A stretch of DNA of 64,000 nt from Alphaproteobacteria bacterium (lineage in GTDB: Bacteria > Pseudomonadota > Alphaproteobacteria > JAJTHO01 > CANGYM01): positions 41,104 through 105,103 of the forward strand of contig JBILMD010000002.1 in assembly GCA_044375675.1 (NCBI GenBank), written 5' to 3'. A model generated the notes under the pieces. The model searched no databases, was not told the origin of the DNA, and worked only from the letters and a program-made list of their open reading frames with translations. Both the position numbers and the translations under genes were made by a program. Every line of letters begins with the position of its first letter. Within the stretch, counting starts at the first letter, position 1. Shown here piece by piece: positions 18,316 to 27,922 of this stretch.

Positions 18316-20186
18316 CGCCAACAGGCGGCCTGTGGGTCCGTGGATGCGTTTTCTTTTTTTTGATTATCTTTTGTGCCCGCGCCTACGGCGATGATCTGGT
18401 GGGCCGCATTGACAGCCTAGAGCCGCAGGGAAAGCGTCTTCGGGCCATCATCACCCCCCTGATGCTAGATCCCCCCCAGAAAACGCAGCGATTGCGTCTC
18501 AGCTTGCCCAGCAAAAACAATACCCATTTGCGCCCTGGGGATACGGTTGGGATGATTGCGAAAATTTATCCCCCTTACCCGCCCCTTGTCCCCGGGGGGT
18601 TTGATTGGCAGCGCTGGTTATATGAAAAAAATATCAGCCACATTGGCTACAGCATGGGCAGGGTGCAGCGATTGAGCGGGGACATATCCCAGCTTTCCCG
18701 CTGGCAACGGTTGCGTATTGAAATCGAGCGTGCCCGTTACGACGTGACCCAGCGCTGGATCCAAGCGGCTCCTGACCCAGAAACAGGGGCCTTTGCTGCC
18801 GCCTTGTTTACCGGTATGCGCGGGGCCATCAGTGCATCCTTGGTGGAATCGATGCGGGTTGCGGGATTGACGCACCTGTTATCCATTTCAGGTTTGCATA
18901 TGTCCCTGGTGGCGGGATTGGTTTATTTGACATTCAGGTATGCTTTGGCGCTATTTGTTTTTCGTTTTCCCGTGAAAGCTGTGGCGGCGGCCTTGGCGTG
19001 GGTGTTTTCTTTGATTTATTTGGCGTTTAGCGGGGCCGATATACCCACGCAGCGGTCTTTTATTATGATCAGTCTTGTGCTGCTGGCTGTGATAACGCAT
19101 CGACAGCCATTTTCGTTATGGACGGTTTTTGTGGCGGCCTGTGTTGTGTTGATGATGGATCATCAGGCGCTTAGCAATCCTGGTTTTCAGATGTCTTTTA
19201 TGGCGGTGATCAGTTTGATTGTTTATTATCAACGTCATCGCCCGATGTTCGAGGCGGAATCCACCCGCCTGCGCACCATGGGATTGTATTTTTATGGTCT
19301 GTTCATTTCGACGTTTTGGGTGAACATCACCACCGCGCCCATTGTGGCGTGGCATTTTTATCGGTTTAATCTTTATGGGCCGCTGGCCAACATGGTGGCC
19401 ATTCCGCTGAGTTCCTTTTTTCTGATGCCACTCATTATTCTGGCGGCTCTGGCAACGCCCTTTGGGTTAGAGGGGCCTTTTTTATGGGTGTTTTCCCTAG
19501 GGTCCCAGCCCCTGTTTGATCTGACGTATGCCATTGAATCGTGGCCTGCGGCCAACATTTTGCTGGGGGCCTATGATCAGCGGGCCTTTTTTTGTTTTGT
19601 TCTGGCCGGGTTTTTGTTTCTGTTTTTGCGGGGATGGCGGCAATGTCTGAGCCTGCTGCCCGTGGGTTTGGGGCTGTTTTTTATGTCCCTGACGGTGCGT
19701 GCGGACATGCTGATCAGTCATGATGGGCGTCATTTGGTCACCATAGGTCCTCAGGCCCTGACCATCTACACACGCCGCCCCAGTGATTTTATTTTTGAAA
19801 AATGGGCCGATTATTGGGGCGTTCCCATGGATCGGGTGACGGTGGTGAAGCTTTTGGAAAAGGATCCGCCGGCGGATCTTTGTGCAAACAATCTTTGTTT
19901 GATTCCCTACAAACCTGGGCATGTGGCCGCTATGCCGCTGAGTGCGTCTGCTTTGGCCGCCGGTTGTGCCCGCTCGGATATTGATTTTCTTGTGACGCCC
20001 TATACGGCGCCTGCGGCGTGTCGCGCAAAAACCGTTGTGGATCGGGCTTCCTTGGCCAAAACGGGGGCGCAGCTCATATGGTTTGCGCCGTATCGGGTTT
20101 TAACGGATTACGATGTGCGGGGGGCGCAGCCGTGGAATGCCTTTGAAAATCAGCCTGAAAATCAGCCTAGGGCCTCATCGCCATAG
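18312..20186 (+). CDS. comEC: ComEC/Rec2 family DNA internalisation protein (no C-terminal beta-lactamase domain); start uncertain
   Basis: GTG at 18312 overlaps the popZ-like stop as GTGA. DUF4131-like OB region, then the competence core (GLTHLLSISGLHMSLVAGLVYL…) and multiple TM helices. In-frame ATG alternatives lie at ~18460 and ~18552. Confidence 0.75.
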   Translation: MTPTGGLWVRGCVFFFLIIFCARAYGDDLVGRIDSLEPQGKRLRAIITPLMLDPPQKTQRLRLSLPSKNNTHLRPGDTVGMIAKIYPPYPPLVPGGFDWQRWLYEKNISHIGYSMGRVQRLSGDISQLSRWQRLRIEIERARYDVTQRWIQAAPDPETGAFAAALFTGMRGAISASLVESMRVAGLTHLLSISGLHMSLVAGLVYLTFRYALALFVFRFPVKAVAAALAWVFSLIYLAFSGADIPTQRSFIMISLVLLAVITHRQPFSLWTVFVAACVVLMMDHQALSNPGFQMSFMAVISLIVYYQRHRPMFEAESTRLRTMGLYFYGLFISTFWVNITTAPIVAWHFYRFNLYGPLANMVAIPLSSFFLMPLIILAALATPFGLEGPFLWVFSLGSQPLFDLTYAIESWPAANILLGAYDQRAFFCFVLAGFLFLFLRGWRQCLSLLPVGLGLFFMSLTVRADMLISHDGRHLVTIGPQALTIYTRRPSDFIFEKWADYWGVPMDRVTVVKLLEKDPPADLCANNLCLIPYKPGHVAAMPLSASALAAGCARSDIDFLVTPYTAPAACRAKTVVDRASLAKTGAQLIWFAPYRVLTDYDVRGAQPWNAFENQPENQPRASSP

Positions 20187-21165
20187 CCACATCCAGCATG
20201 CGATGGGAAAAACCCCATTCGTTATCATACCACGAAAGGACCTTGATCATCTCCCCAACCTGACGGGTTTGGGTGGCATCGAAAATCGAGCTTTCTGATG
20301 TGTGGTTAAAATCGGTGGACACCAGCGGCAGGGTGTTGATGGACAAAACGCCTTTCATCGGGCCGTCGGCGGCGTTTTGCATGGCGTTATGAATCTCAGG
20401 GATTGTGGTGGGGCGTTCGGGCAAAAAGGTCAGATCCACAACAGACACATTGGGCACGGGCACACGCATGGCAAAGCCATCCAGTTTTCCCTTCAGCTGG
20501 GGTAAAACCAAAGCAACCGCTTTGGCGGCGCCGGTGCTGGTGGGGATCATGGATGTTCCCGCCGTGCGGGCCCGCCGCAGATCACGGTGATTGCCATCCA
20601 GAATCCTTTGATCATTGGTGTACGCATGAATGGTGGTCATGATGCCGGATCGAATGCCGCAGCATGCATCCAAAACCGCCGCAACAGGGGCCAAGCAATT
20701 TGTGGTGCAAGAGGCATTGGACACAATACGGTGCTCGGCCGTTAAATGGCCATGATTCACCCCATAAACCACGGTAATATCGGCATCATCCGCGGGGGCG
20801 GAAATCAGAACGCGCCCAGCCCCCGCCGCCAGATGCATCATGGCCCCTACGCGGTTGGCAAATTTTCCCGTACATTCCATAACAACATCCACGCCCAAAT
20901 CCCCCCAGGGCAAGGTTTCCGGTGAATGTTCCGCAAACATGGCGATGCTGTGTTTGCCCACGCTTAGGGTTGTGTCCCCTTTGACAACAGGGGTGTTCAA
21001 ACGGCCATGGACAGAATCAAACTGTAACAAATGGGCGTTGCTGTCGATGCCACCGCGATCATTGATGGCGACAATCTGAATGTCATCCTGCGGACGATCC
21101 AAAAGACCGCGTACAACCAAACGCCCAATGCGTCCAAAACCGTTGATGGCAATGCGTAGGGTCAT
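20167..21165 (-). CDS. gap: glyceraldehyde-3-phosphate dehydrogenase
   Basis: INGFGRIGR Rossmann motif, SNASCTTNCLAP active site, WYDNEWG. Confidence 0.95.
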   Translation of the reverse strand: MTLRIAINGFGRIGRLVVRGLLDRPQDDIQIVAINDRGGIDSNAHLLQFDSVHGRLNTPVVKGDTTLSVGKHSIAMFAEHSPETLPWGDLGVDVVMECTGKFANRVGAMMHLAAGAGRVLISAPADDADITVVYGVNHGHLTAEHRIVSNASCTTNCLAPVAAVLDACCGIRSGIMTTIHAYTNDQRILDGNHRDLRRARTAGTSMIPTSTGAAKAVALVLPQLKGKLDGFAMRVPVPNVSVVDLTFLPERPTTIPEIHNAMQNAADGPMKGVLSINTLPLVSTDFNHTSESSIFDATQTRQVGEMIKVLSWYDNEWGFSHRMLDVAMAMRP

Positions 21166-21444
21166 AAGGATCCGCCCTTTTGTAAAAATTCCCGATTCAG
21201 AAGGTTGGATATACTGACTTTGGGATAGAAAATCCAGTGTTTGTTGGGGAACAGGGCGACTTTCTGAGAGTTTTATTAACTCATTTCAAGGGAAGCCCTT
21301 GGTAGGTATCTTGCTGGATTTAGCTGTGAGGACGGTCTAATATCAGGTTCATTCTCAAGGCGGTTAATTTCTTGTTGTAGTGCGTCTCTATCAAGTAAAC
21401 ATAAATATATTGTGATGAGTGATAAACTGTAATAACATGCAGCT

Positions 21445-23031
21445 ATGATGTTTAATAACTTTATGCGCTATGCACTGCTTCCCTTATGGGTAGTTTCATT
21501 TCTGAGCAGCACAGCAAATGCTAGTGGTTACTGTATATACGATATTGCGGCACCGCAGCCTTATCTATCAGACGATATCAAAAACAATCCATTATTGGAG
21601 AGCGGTAGAGATGGAAAGGCCATACTGCCAAGTTACTGGAAAAAACTTGATGGAAGCAATCGGGTCATCGCGCATAATGACATATCTGTTTCTACAGACG
21701 AGAGCGAAAAATATGCCCGTCGCATTGCGTCCGTATTTTGGCAGTTTTCTCCTGATGATAAAATCTTCAAACAGCCGCAGTTAATTGAACCGTATGTTAA
21801 TGAACGGCATTACTCTCCATTAGAAGATAGAATATTATTTGTTGATGGAAGATGGATCGAGAAAGACGGCTCAAAAACATATCAACCGGAATTATATGAA
21901 TATGATTTTAAGTCTTCAGCTCGATTAGTTAATTCCAGCTTAGCAAACTTCCCAAGCGACGTTAGTGATATATTATGGAGCGAAGGTTTAAATGGTTGGC
22001 TGCTAACGTATACGCACCACCAACAAGATCAAGTGGCTTTATGGACAAAATCTGCTCTAAAACCACTTGATATTGATGGTGGTGTGGACATGTTAAAGTA
22101 CCTACCCAAGATTGAAAAAGTCGCAGTACTTAATCGAAGAGGATTTTATTTACTAAACCTTGATGGGTCTACGGCACTTTTTCAGGAGATCAATCCTGGG
22201 GATGATGCTGCTAATGGTTGGGATGGCCTCTACCCATTACCAAACAACTGGTTTTATGTTGGTGCAGTGGAGTATGACCACCTGTTTCAAATAATACAAG
22301 AAGGTAATGAGTGGCGAACTGGAGAATTAATCCGCTTGCGCCCGAAAGAAGGATTTTTCTTGAGCCTACTGACCAAGCTCACAGGCTTTGATAAACGAGA
22401 TAATTTAAGTTCAATCAAGAATCTTGGAGGATGGTCGTATAGCCCCCTTTTAGACACGATGATTTTTGGAGAAGCCGGCAAAATATTTAAAAACGGGAAG
22501 CTGGAAAAAATCTATTCGCCGGTCAAATTAGATTGGCCACTGGGAGATATTGAATTTGCAGGCGTCACAGCCTATTACGGAAAAGATAAAAAGGTTCACC
22601 TATACGATGGAAAAAAATGGATGGTTGCGTCTGGCCCAAAGGTTCTGCGTGGTCGTTTTTCTATCGTATCTAGTCAGAAGCGTATTTTTTACTCTACTTA
22701 TAATGATAGATATTCAACAACGCCACTTTATGAGTTGCTACAAAAAGACGGTAGCTGGGTGATTGAGTTGGTAAACATACCAGAAGAAAGCCCCGACTCG
22801 TTCACCAGATTCTATGAGCCTTTACACGGTAATGATATATTAGTGTTTACCCGTCGTTCTATTTACGCCCTGAATGGCAATAGTTGGCAGGCTATATGGG
22901 AGCCAGAAAATGGTGGTTTTGTGGATCTCACAAGCCATTTGGCACCATTAAGATTAGGCTCTGAAGCAGAGAAACAAGGGATTCTCTTTACAGCTGGTGA
23001 TACTTTCCATTGGCTTGAGCGATGTGAATAA
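21445..23031 (+). CDS. hypothetical secreted protein encoded in an AT-rich (foreign-looking) segment
   Basis: 528 aa. Signal peptide MRYALLPLWVVSFLSSTANA followed by SGYC. Lys/Asn/Tyr-rich composition. The gene and its flanks are about 38% GC in a counted sample, against high-50s % around them. No recognisable family. Confidence 0.7.
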   Translation: MMFNNFMRYALLPLWVVSFLSSTANASGYCIYDIAAPQPYLSDDIKNNPLLESGRDGKAILPSYWKKLDGSNRVIAHNDISVSTDESEKYARRIASVFWQFSPDDKIFKQPQLIEPYVNERHYSPLEDRILFVDGRWIEKDGSKTYQPELYEYDFKSSARLVNSSLANFPSDVSDILWSEGLNGWLLTYTHHQQDQVALWTKSALKPLDIDGGVDMLKYLPKIEKVAVLNRRGFYLLNLDGSTALFQEINPGDDAANGWDGLYPLPNNWFYVGAVEYDHLFQIIQEGNEWRTGELIRLRPKEGFFLSLLTKLTGFDKRDNLSSIKNLGGWSYSPLLDTMIFGEAGKIFKNGKLEKIYSPVKLDWPLGDIEFAGVTAYYGKDKKVHLYDGKKWMVASGPKVLRGRFSIVSSQKRIFYSTYNDRYSTTPLYELLQKDGSWVIELVNIPEESPDSFTRFYEPLHGNDILVFTRRSIYALNGNSWQAIWEPENGGFVDLTSHLAPLRLGSEAEKQGILFTAGDTFHWLERCE

Positions 23032-23154
23032 AGTTCGATATTTCTCATTCATAACAATTTTTTATTGCCCTTATTGAAACCCACGTAAAACCCTTTCCCC
23101 CGCCCCTGTCGGTGTGGTAAAAGGGGGACTCTTTGAATTTGTGTGGATTTGCTC

Positions 23155-26100
23155 ATGTTAAACCTTCCTAATGGCGTAACGTTTGCTGATTTTTATACGG
23201 CGGAGGGACTGTCGCGGCTGGATAGCCTTTTCCTTGAAACATTGAACCAAAAGGCCCCCGCGCTGGCAGAATCCCTTTTGGCCGCCCGTGCCCATCCAGA
23301 AACGGTGGGCAAGTTGGAAGAGTCCACCCTGATTCTGGCCGTTGCCCCTGTTTTAGAGGATTTTTTGACAACGCTTTTTGGCATTGAAAAACAGGCTGCT
23401 GCCCTCAGCCAAAATCATCACGACCTGATGCCGTTGTTTGAGGTCCGCCGCCTGTTCGTGCAGCGTCAGGCCATGAAAACTTACGGCAAAGAGGCCGCCA
23501 CCTTTGATGGTGCCGCATTGTGGCGGGATTTGGCCCCTCATTTCCCCCGCAAGACCGAGGATGCGGAACTGGATTTCGCCCACGCTGTTTTGATCTGGCA
23601 AGAGGAAGAGGGCAGGGGGGATCTTCTGGACCTGGCGCTGCGTTACGCCGCATGGGCAACGGTGCAGGAAAAATCATCCTCTGTGTTGTTTAAAGAGCCC
23701 AAGAAACTGGATTTTGCCCATTTGGTGCATACCCAAAAAATTCACCGTGACGGCGTGGATATGTTCGTGGCGCCAGAGGGCCATTTGCGCCCTCGCCATG
23801 GCTTTGCCCTGACGGATGCGGGGGGAACCCTGCGTGATGCCCTCAGCGAGGCCACCTATTGCATTCATTGTCATAACCAAGGGCGGGATTCCTGCAGCCA
23901 AGGTCTGAAAGACAAAAAAACCGGCGCATTCCAAAAAAGCGCCTTTGGCGTCACCCTGACGGGCTGCCCGCTAGAGGAAAAAATCTCCGAAATGCACACC
24001 CTGAAAATACAGGGGCATGCCTTGGGCGCTTTGGCGGTGATTACCATTGATAACCCTATGGCCGCCGCCACGGGCCACCGCATTTGCAATGACTGTATGA
24101 AGGCCTGCATTTACCAGAAACAGGAACCCGTCAACATCCCCCAAGCCGAAACACGCATTTTGCGGGATATTTTGGAACTGCCCTATGGGTTTGAGATCTA
24201 CAGCTTGCTGACCCGCTGGAACCCCCTGAACATCCATCGTCCCTATCCCAAGGCCGCCACGGGCAAAAAGGTCTTGGTGGTGGGCATGGGGCCCGCGGGC
24301 TTTACGCTGGCGCATCATTTGATGAATGACGGGCACACGGTGGTGGGGATTGATGGGGCGAAGATCGAGCCCCTGCCGGATGTCTTAACCGATACCACCA
24401 AACCCATTGAGGATATAAAAGCCCTTTGGGAAAATCTGGACGAACGGATTTTGGCCGGCTTTGGGGGCGTTGCGGAATATGGGATCACGGTTCGGTGGGA
24501 TAAAAACTTTTTAAAGGTCGTGCGTCTTTTGCTGCAACGGCGGGCGCAGTTTTCCCTGTTTGGCGGGGTGCGTTTTGGGGGAACCTTGAGTGTGGCTCAG
24601 GCCTTTGATGATTTTGGGTTTGATCATATTGCCCTGTGTGCAGGGGCAGGGGCCCCCACAATTGTGGATATGAAAAACGGTCTGGCAAAGGGGGTGCGGC
24701 AGGCCTCGGACTTCCTGATGGCCCTGCAACTCACGGGGGCGGCCAAGGCCGATGCCTTGGCCAACCTGCAAATCCGCTTGCCGGTGGTGGTGATTGGCGG
24801 CGGCCTCACAGGGGTAGATACCACGACAGAGGCCTTGGCCTATTATCCCGTGATGGTGGAAAAAACCCTGAAACGCTATGATAGTTTATCCGAAAAAAAC
24901 GGTGAAGCCGCCGTTCGCGACGCCTATCGGCCCGAAGATCTGGCCATTTTGGATGAATACCTGATGCATGCCAGGGCCCTGCGGGCAGAAAAGGCCAAAC
25001 CCAACCCCGATGTGATCGGTCTTTTGCAATCTTGGGGGGGATCGACGTTGGCGTATCGAAAGGATTTAACCGATGCCCCGTCCTATACCCTGAATCACGA
25101 AGAGGTGGAAAAGGCCCTGGAAGAGGGGATTGCCATTGCCCCCAACTGCACCCCTGTGGCGGTGGAGGTGGATGAATCGGGATGGGCCAAGGGTCTGACG
25201 GTGAAACACACAAACGGCGGCACCCACACCCTGCCGGCCCGCACCATTCTGGTGGCGGCGGGCACCAAGCCCAACGTGGTGCTGCATGATGAAGACCCCA
25301 CGCACATCACGCTGGATGGACGTTATTTTCAGGCCATTGATGAAACGGGAAGCCCTGTGAAGCCCGAAGCTCTGGCCAAACCCACAACGCCCCATATTTT
25401 GGCCAGCCGGTATGACCATCATCGCTTTATCAGCTTTTTTGGGGATATGCATCCCTCCTTTGCGGGGAATGTGGTGAAGGCCATGGGCAGTGCGAAGCAG
25501 GGCTATCCCATCGTATCCCGCGTTTTGGAAACCGAGGGCCAAAGACAGCAGGTGGACAATGCCGCATTTTTTGCCCATCTGCATGATCAGTTGTTTGCCA
25601 CGGTCCACGCCGTCAATCGTTTAACCCCCAACATTGTGGAGGTTGTGGTGCGTGCCCCCCAGGCCGCGCGGCAGTTTCAGCCTGGGCAGTTTTACCGTTT
25701 GCAAAATTTTGAAACCTACGCCCCCATCATCAACGACACGCGCTTGGCCATGGAGGGCATCGCCGCCACAGGGGCTTGGGTGGATAAAGAACAGGGATTG
25801 CTGGCCACCATCATTTTGGAAATGGGCGGATCATCCAGTTTGTGTCAATATCTGAAGATTGGTGAGCCCATAATCCTGATGGGCCCAACGGGGGAGCCCA
25901 CCCATATTCCCCACAACACAACCGTCATTCTGGTGGGCGGGGGCTTGGGCAATGCCGTTTTGTTTTCCATCGGGGCCGCGCTAAAGGCAGCGGGCAGCCG
26001 CGTTTTGTATTTTGCGGGCTATAAAAAATCCGGTGACCGCTATCACGTGGATAAAATCGAATCCGCCAGTGATGTGGTGGTGTGGTGCTGTGACGAGCCT

Positions 26101-26544
26101 TCAGACTTTACCCCAAACCGCCCCCAAGATCGGGCCTATACGGGGAACATTGTGCAGGCCATCGCCGCCTATGCGCGGGGGGATTTGGGGACGCCGTCGA
26201 TTCCCACGGAAACCGTGGATCATCTGGTTGTCATTGGATCCGACCGCATGATGGATGCCGTTCGCATCGCCCGCCACGGTGTTTTGGCCCCCTATCTGCC
26301 CAACGTGACGCAGGCCATTGGCAGCATCAACAGCCCCATGCAATGTATGATGAAAAAAATCTGCGCCCAGTGTCTGCAAATCCACCGCGACCCTGTAACA
26401 GGGCAGGAAACGGTGGTGTATTCCTGTCACAATCAGGATCAGCCGCTGGATCAGGTGGATTTCAAATGCCTGAATGATCGTTTGGGGCAAAACAGAGCGC
26501 TGGAGATTCTCACAGCGGGGTGGATCAAGGCGTTGCCCGTCTAG
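23155..26544 (+). CDS. large FAD/NAD(P)H iron-sulfur oxidoreductase: N-terminal unknown domain + GltD/NfnB-like + PyrK/NfnA-like fusion
   Basis: ORF from GTG 23143; I prefer ATG 23155. N-terminal Cys clusters (CIHCHNQGRDSC…GCP and CNDCMKAC). Rossmann motifs (VLVVGMGPAGF, VVVIGGGLTG). FNR-like motifs in the C-terminal third (GQFYRLQN, VGGGLGNAV). C-terminal Cys4 (CMMKKICAQC…CHN…C). Confidence 0.75.
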   Translation: MLNLPNGVTFADFYTAEGLSRLDSLFLETLNQKAPALAESLLAARAHPETVGKLEESTLILAVAPVLEDFLTTLFGIEKQAAALSQNHHDLMPLFEVRRLFVQRQAMKTYGKEAATFDGAALWRDLAPHFPRKTEDAELDFAHAVLIWQEEEGRGDLLDLALRYAAWATVQEKSSSVLFKEPKKLDFAHLVHTQKIHRDGVDMFVAPEGHLRPRHGFALTDAGGTLRDALSEATYCIHCHNQGRDSCSQGLKDKKTGAFQKSAFGVTLTGCPLEEKISEMHTLKIQGHALGALAVITIDNPMAAATGHRICNDCMKACIYQKQEPVNIPQAETRILRDILELPYGFEIYSLLTRWNPLNIHRPYPKAATGKKVLVVGMGPAGFTLAHHLMNDGHTVVGIDGAKIEPLPDVLTDTTKPIEDIKALWENLDERILAGFGGVAEYGITVRWDKNFLKVVRLLLQRRAQFSLFGGVRFGGTLSVAQAFDDFGFDHIALCAGAGAPTIVDMKNGLAKGVRQASDFLMALQLTGAAKADALANLQIRLPVVVIGGGLTGVDTTTEALAYYPVMVEKTLKRYDSLSEKNGEAAVRDAYRPEDLAILDEYLMHARALRAEKAKPNPDVIGLLQSWGGSTLAYRKDLTDAPSYTLNHEEVEKALEEGIAIAPNCTPVAVEVDESGWAKGLTVKHTNGGTHTLPARTILVAAGTKPNVVLHDEDPTHITLDGRYFQAIDETGSPVKPEALAKPTTPHILASRYDHHRFISFFGDMHPSFAGNVVKAMGSAKQGYPIVSRVLETEGQRQQVDNAAFFAHLHDQLFATVHAVNRLTPNIVEVVVRAPQAARQFQPGQFYRLQNFETYAPIINDTRLAMEGIAATGAWVDKEQGLLATIILEMGGSSSLCQYLKIGEPIILMGPTGEPTHIPHNTTVILVGGGLGNAVLFSIGAALKAAGSRVLYFAGYKKSGDRYHVDKIESASDVVVWCCDEPSDFTPNRPQDRAYTGNIVQAIAAYARGDLGTPSIPTETVDHLVVIGSDRMMDAVRIARHGVLAPYLPNVTQAIGSINSPMQCMMKKICAQCLQIHRDPVTGQETVVYSCHNQDQPLDQVDFKCLNDRLGQNRALEILTAGWIKALPV

Positions 26545-26557
26545 GTGGTTGAAAATC

Positions 26558-27922
26558 CTATATTTTCTCCCACCGTGTTCCTTCCGGCGTATCTTTTAAA
26601 CGAATCCCCCACGACAACAGGCGCTGCCGAAGGCTGTCCGCCGCGGCAAAATCTTTATTTTTTTTGGCCGCATCCCGCTGATGAATCATTTCGGCAATGG
26701 CATCATGCAGCGCGACATCGTCCCCTTGTAACCAAGAGGGGGTGAAAAGAAGACCCAAAATGTTTCCTGACGCCCTTAAAATCAACTGCTTATGCCGACG
26801 CAGGGCGGGGGTGGGCTCGGATTGAATGTCAGAGGCCAAGGCCTGCAGGCGATGCAGCGCCCGCGGTGTGTCCAAGTCGTTTTGCAGGGCCGCCATAACG
26901 TCGGCATCAGAATCAATGGATTCCAAACTGTCTTCGTGCGATCCCTCCAGAGCCCGATAAAGGCGATTGAGCAAATGCTGCGCCTCTGCCACCGCCGCAT
27001 CATCCCAATTCACGGGTTGGCGGTAATGGGCAGAGAGCAGAACGTAACGGATCACTTCCCCCCGAACGCCGCGGCGGATCAGATCATGCACGGTGGTGAT
27101 GTTGCCCACAGATTTGGACATTTTCTGGTTATTCAATGTCACAAAGCCGTTGTGCATCCAGTGGCGAACAAAGGGCTCCCCCCAACAGCACGCACTTTGG
27201 GCGCGTTCGTTTTCGTGGTGGGGAAACAGCAAATCTTGCCCACCGCCATGAATATCAATACTTTTGCCCAAATGCCGGTGAATCATGGCGGAGCATTCCA
27301 AATGCCAGCCCGGACGCCCAGGGCCAAAGGGGCTGTCCCACGATGGTTCGTTGGGCGAAGAGGGCTTCCATAACACAAAATCCGCCGGATGCTTTTTATA
27401 AGAGGCAATGGTGACCCGCGCCCCCGCCTGTTCTTCTTCTGCTGGACGACGCGAAAGGGCCCCATAATCCGGATACGACGACAAATCAAACAAAACATGA
27501 CCCTGCGCCGCATAGGCATGGCCGCGGTCCAGCAACGTTTGGATCATGGCAATCATATCCGCAATATGATCCGTGGCTTTGGGCTCTAGGGTGGGGGATA
27601 ATACATTGAGCGCCGCCATGTCCTGATGATACGCCATCAAGGTGCGATGGGTTAACAGGGCAATGGATTCCCCTGTTTCGTGGCTGCGGGCAATAATTTT
27701 ATCATCAATGTCCGTGATGTTTCGGGCATACACCACGGCGGATTCCCCGTAACTCTGGCGCAGCAAACGAAACAAGGTATCAAAAACAACCGCAGGGCGG
27801 GCATTGCCGATATGCGCATAATCATAAACCGTCGGGCCGCACACATACAGGGTGATTCGCGTGGGGTCCTGCGGCTCAAACGGAACAACCTGCCCCCGTG
27901 CTGAATCGGTGAACCGGATCAT
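26558..27922 (-). CDS. cysS: cysteine--tRNA ligase
   Basis: HIGN (HIGH-type) and KMSKS motifs. CGPTVYD N-terminus. Confidence 0.95.
   Translation of the reverse strand: MIRFTDSARGQVVPFEPQDPTRITLYVCGPTVYDYAHIGNARPAVVFDTLFRLLRQSYGESAVVYARNITDIDDKIIARSHETGESIALLTHRTLMAYHQDMAALNVLSPTLEPKATDHIADMIAMIQTLLDRGHAYAAQGHVLFDLSSYPDYGALSRRPAEEEQAGARVTIASYKKHPADFVLWKPSSPNEPSWDSPFGPGRPGWHLECSAMIHRHLGKSIDIHGGGQDLLFPHHENERAQSACCWGEPFVRHWMHNGFVTLNNQKMSKSVGNITTVHDLIRRGVRGEVIRYVLLSAHYRQPVNWDDAAVAEAQHLLNRLYRALEGSHEDSLESIDSDADVMAALQNDLDTPRALHRLQALASDIQSEPTPALRRHKQLILRASGNILGLLFTPSWLQGDDVALHDAIAEMIHQRDAAKKNKDFAAADSLRQRLLSWGIRLKDTPEGTRWEKI

Noticed and set aside
21166-23142. Prophage or integrative-element interpretation of the AT-rich patch
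   Set aside because: No integrase, transposase, tRNA target or flanking direct repeats visible. It is a single gene, so I describe it only as a compositionally foreign island.
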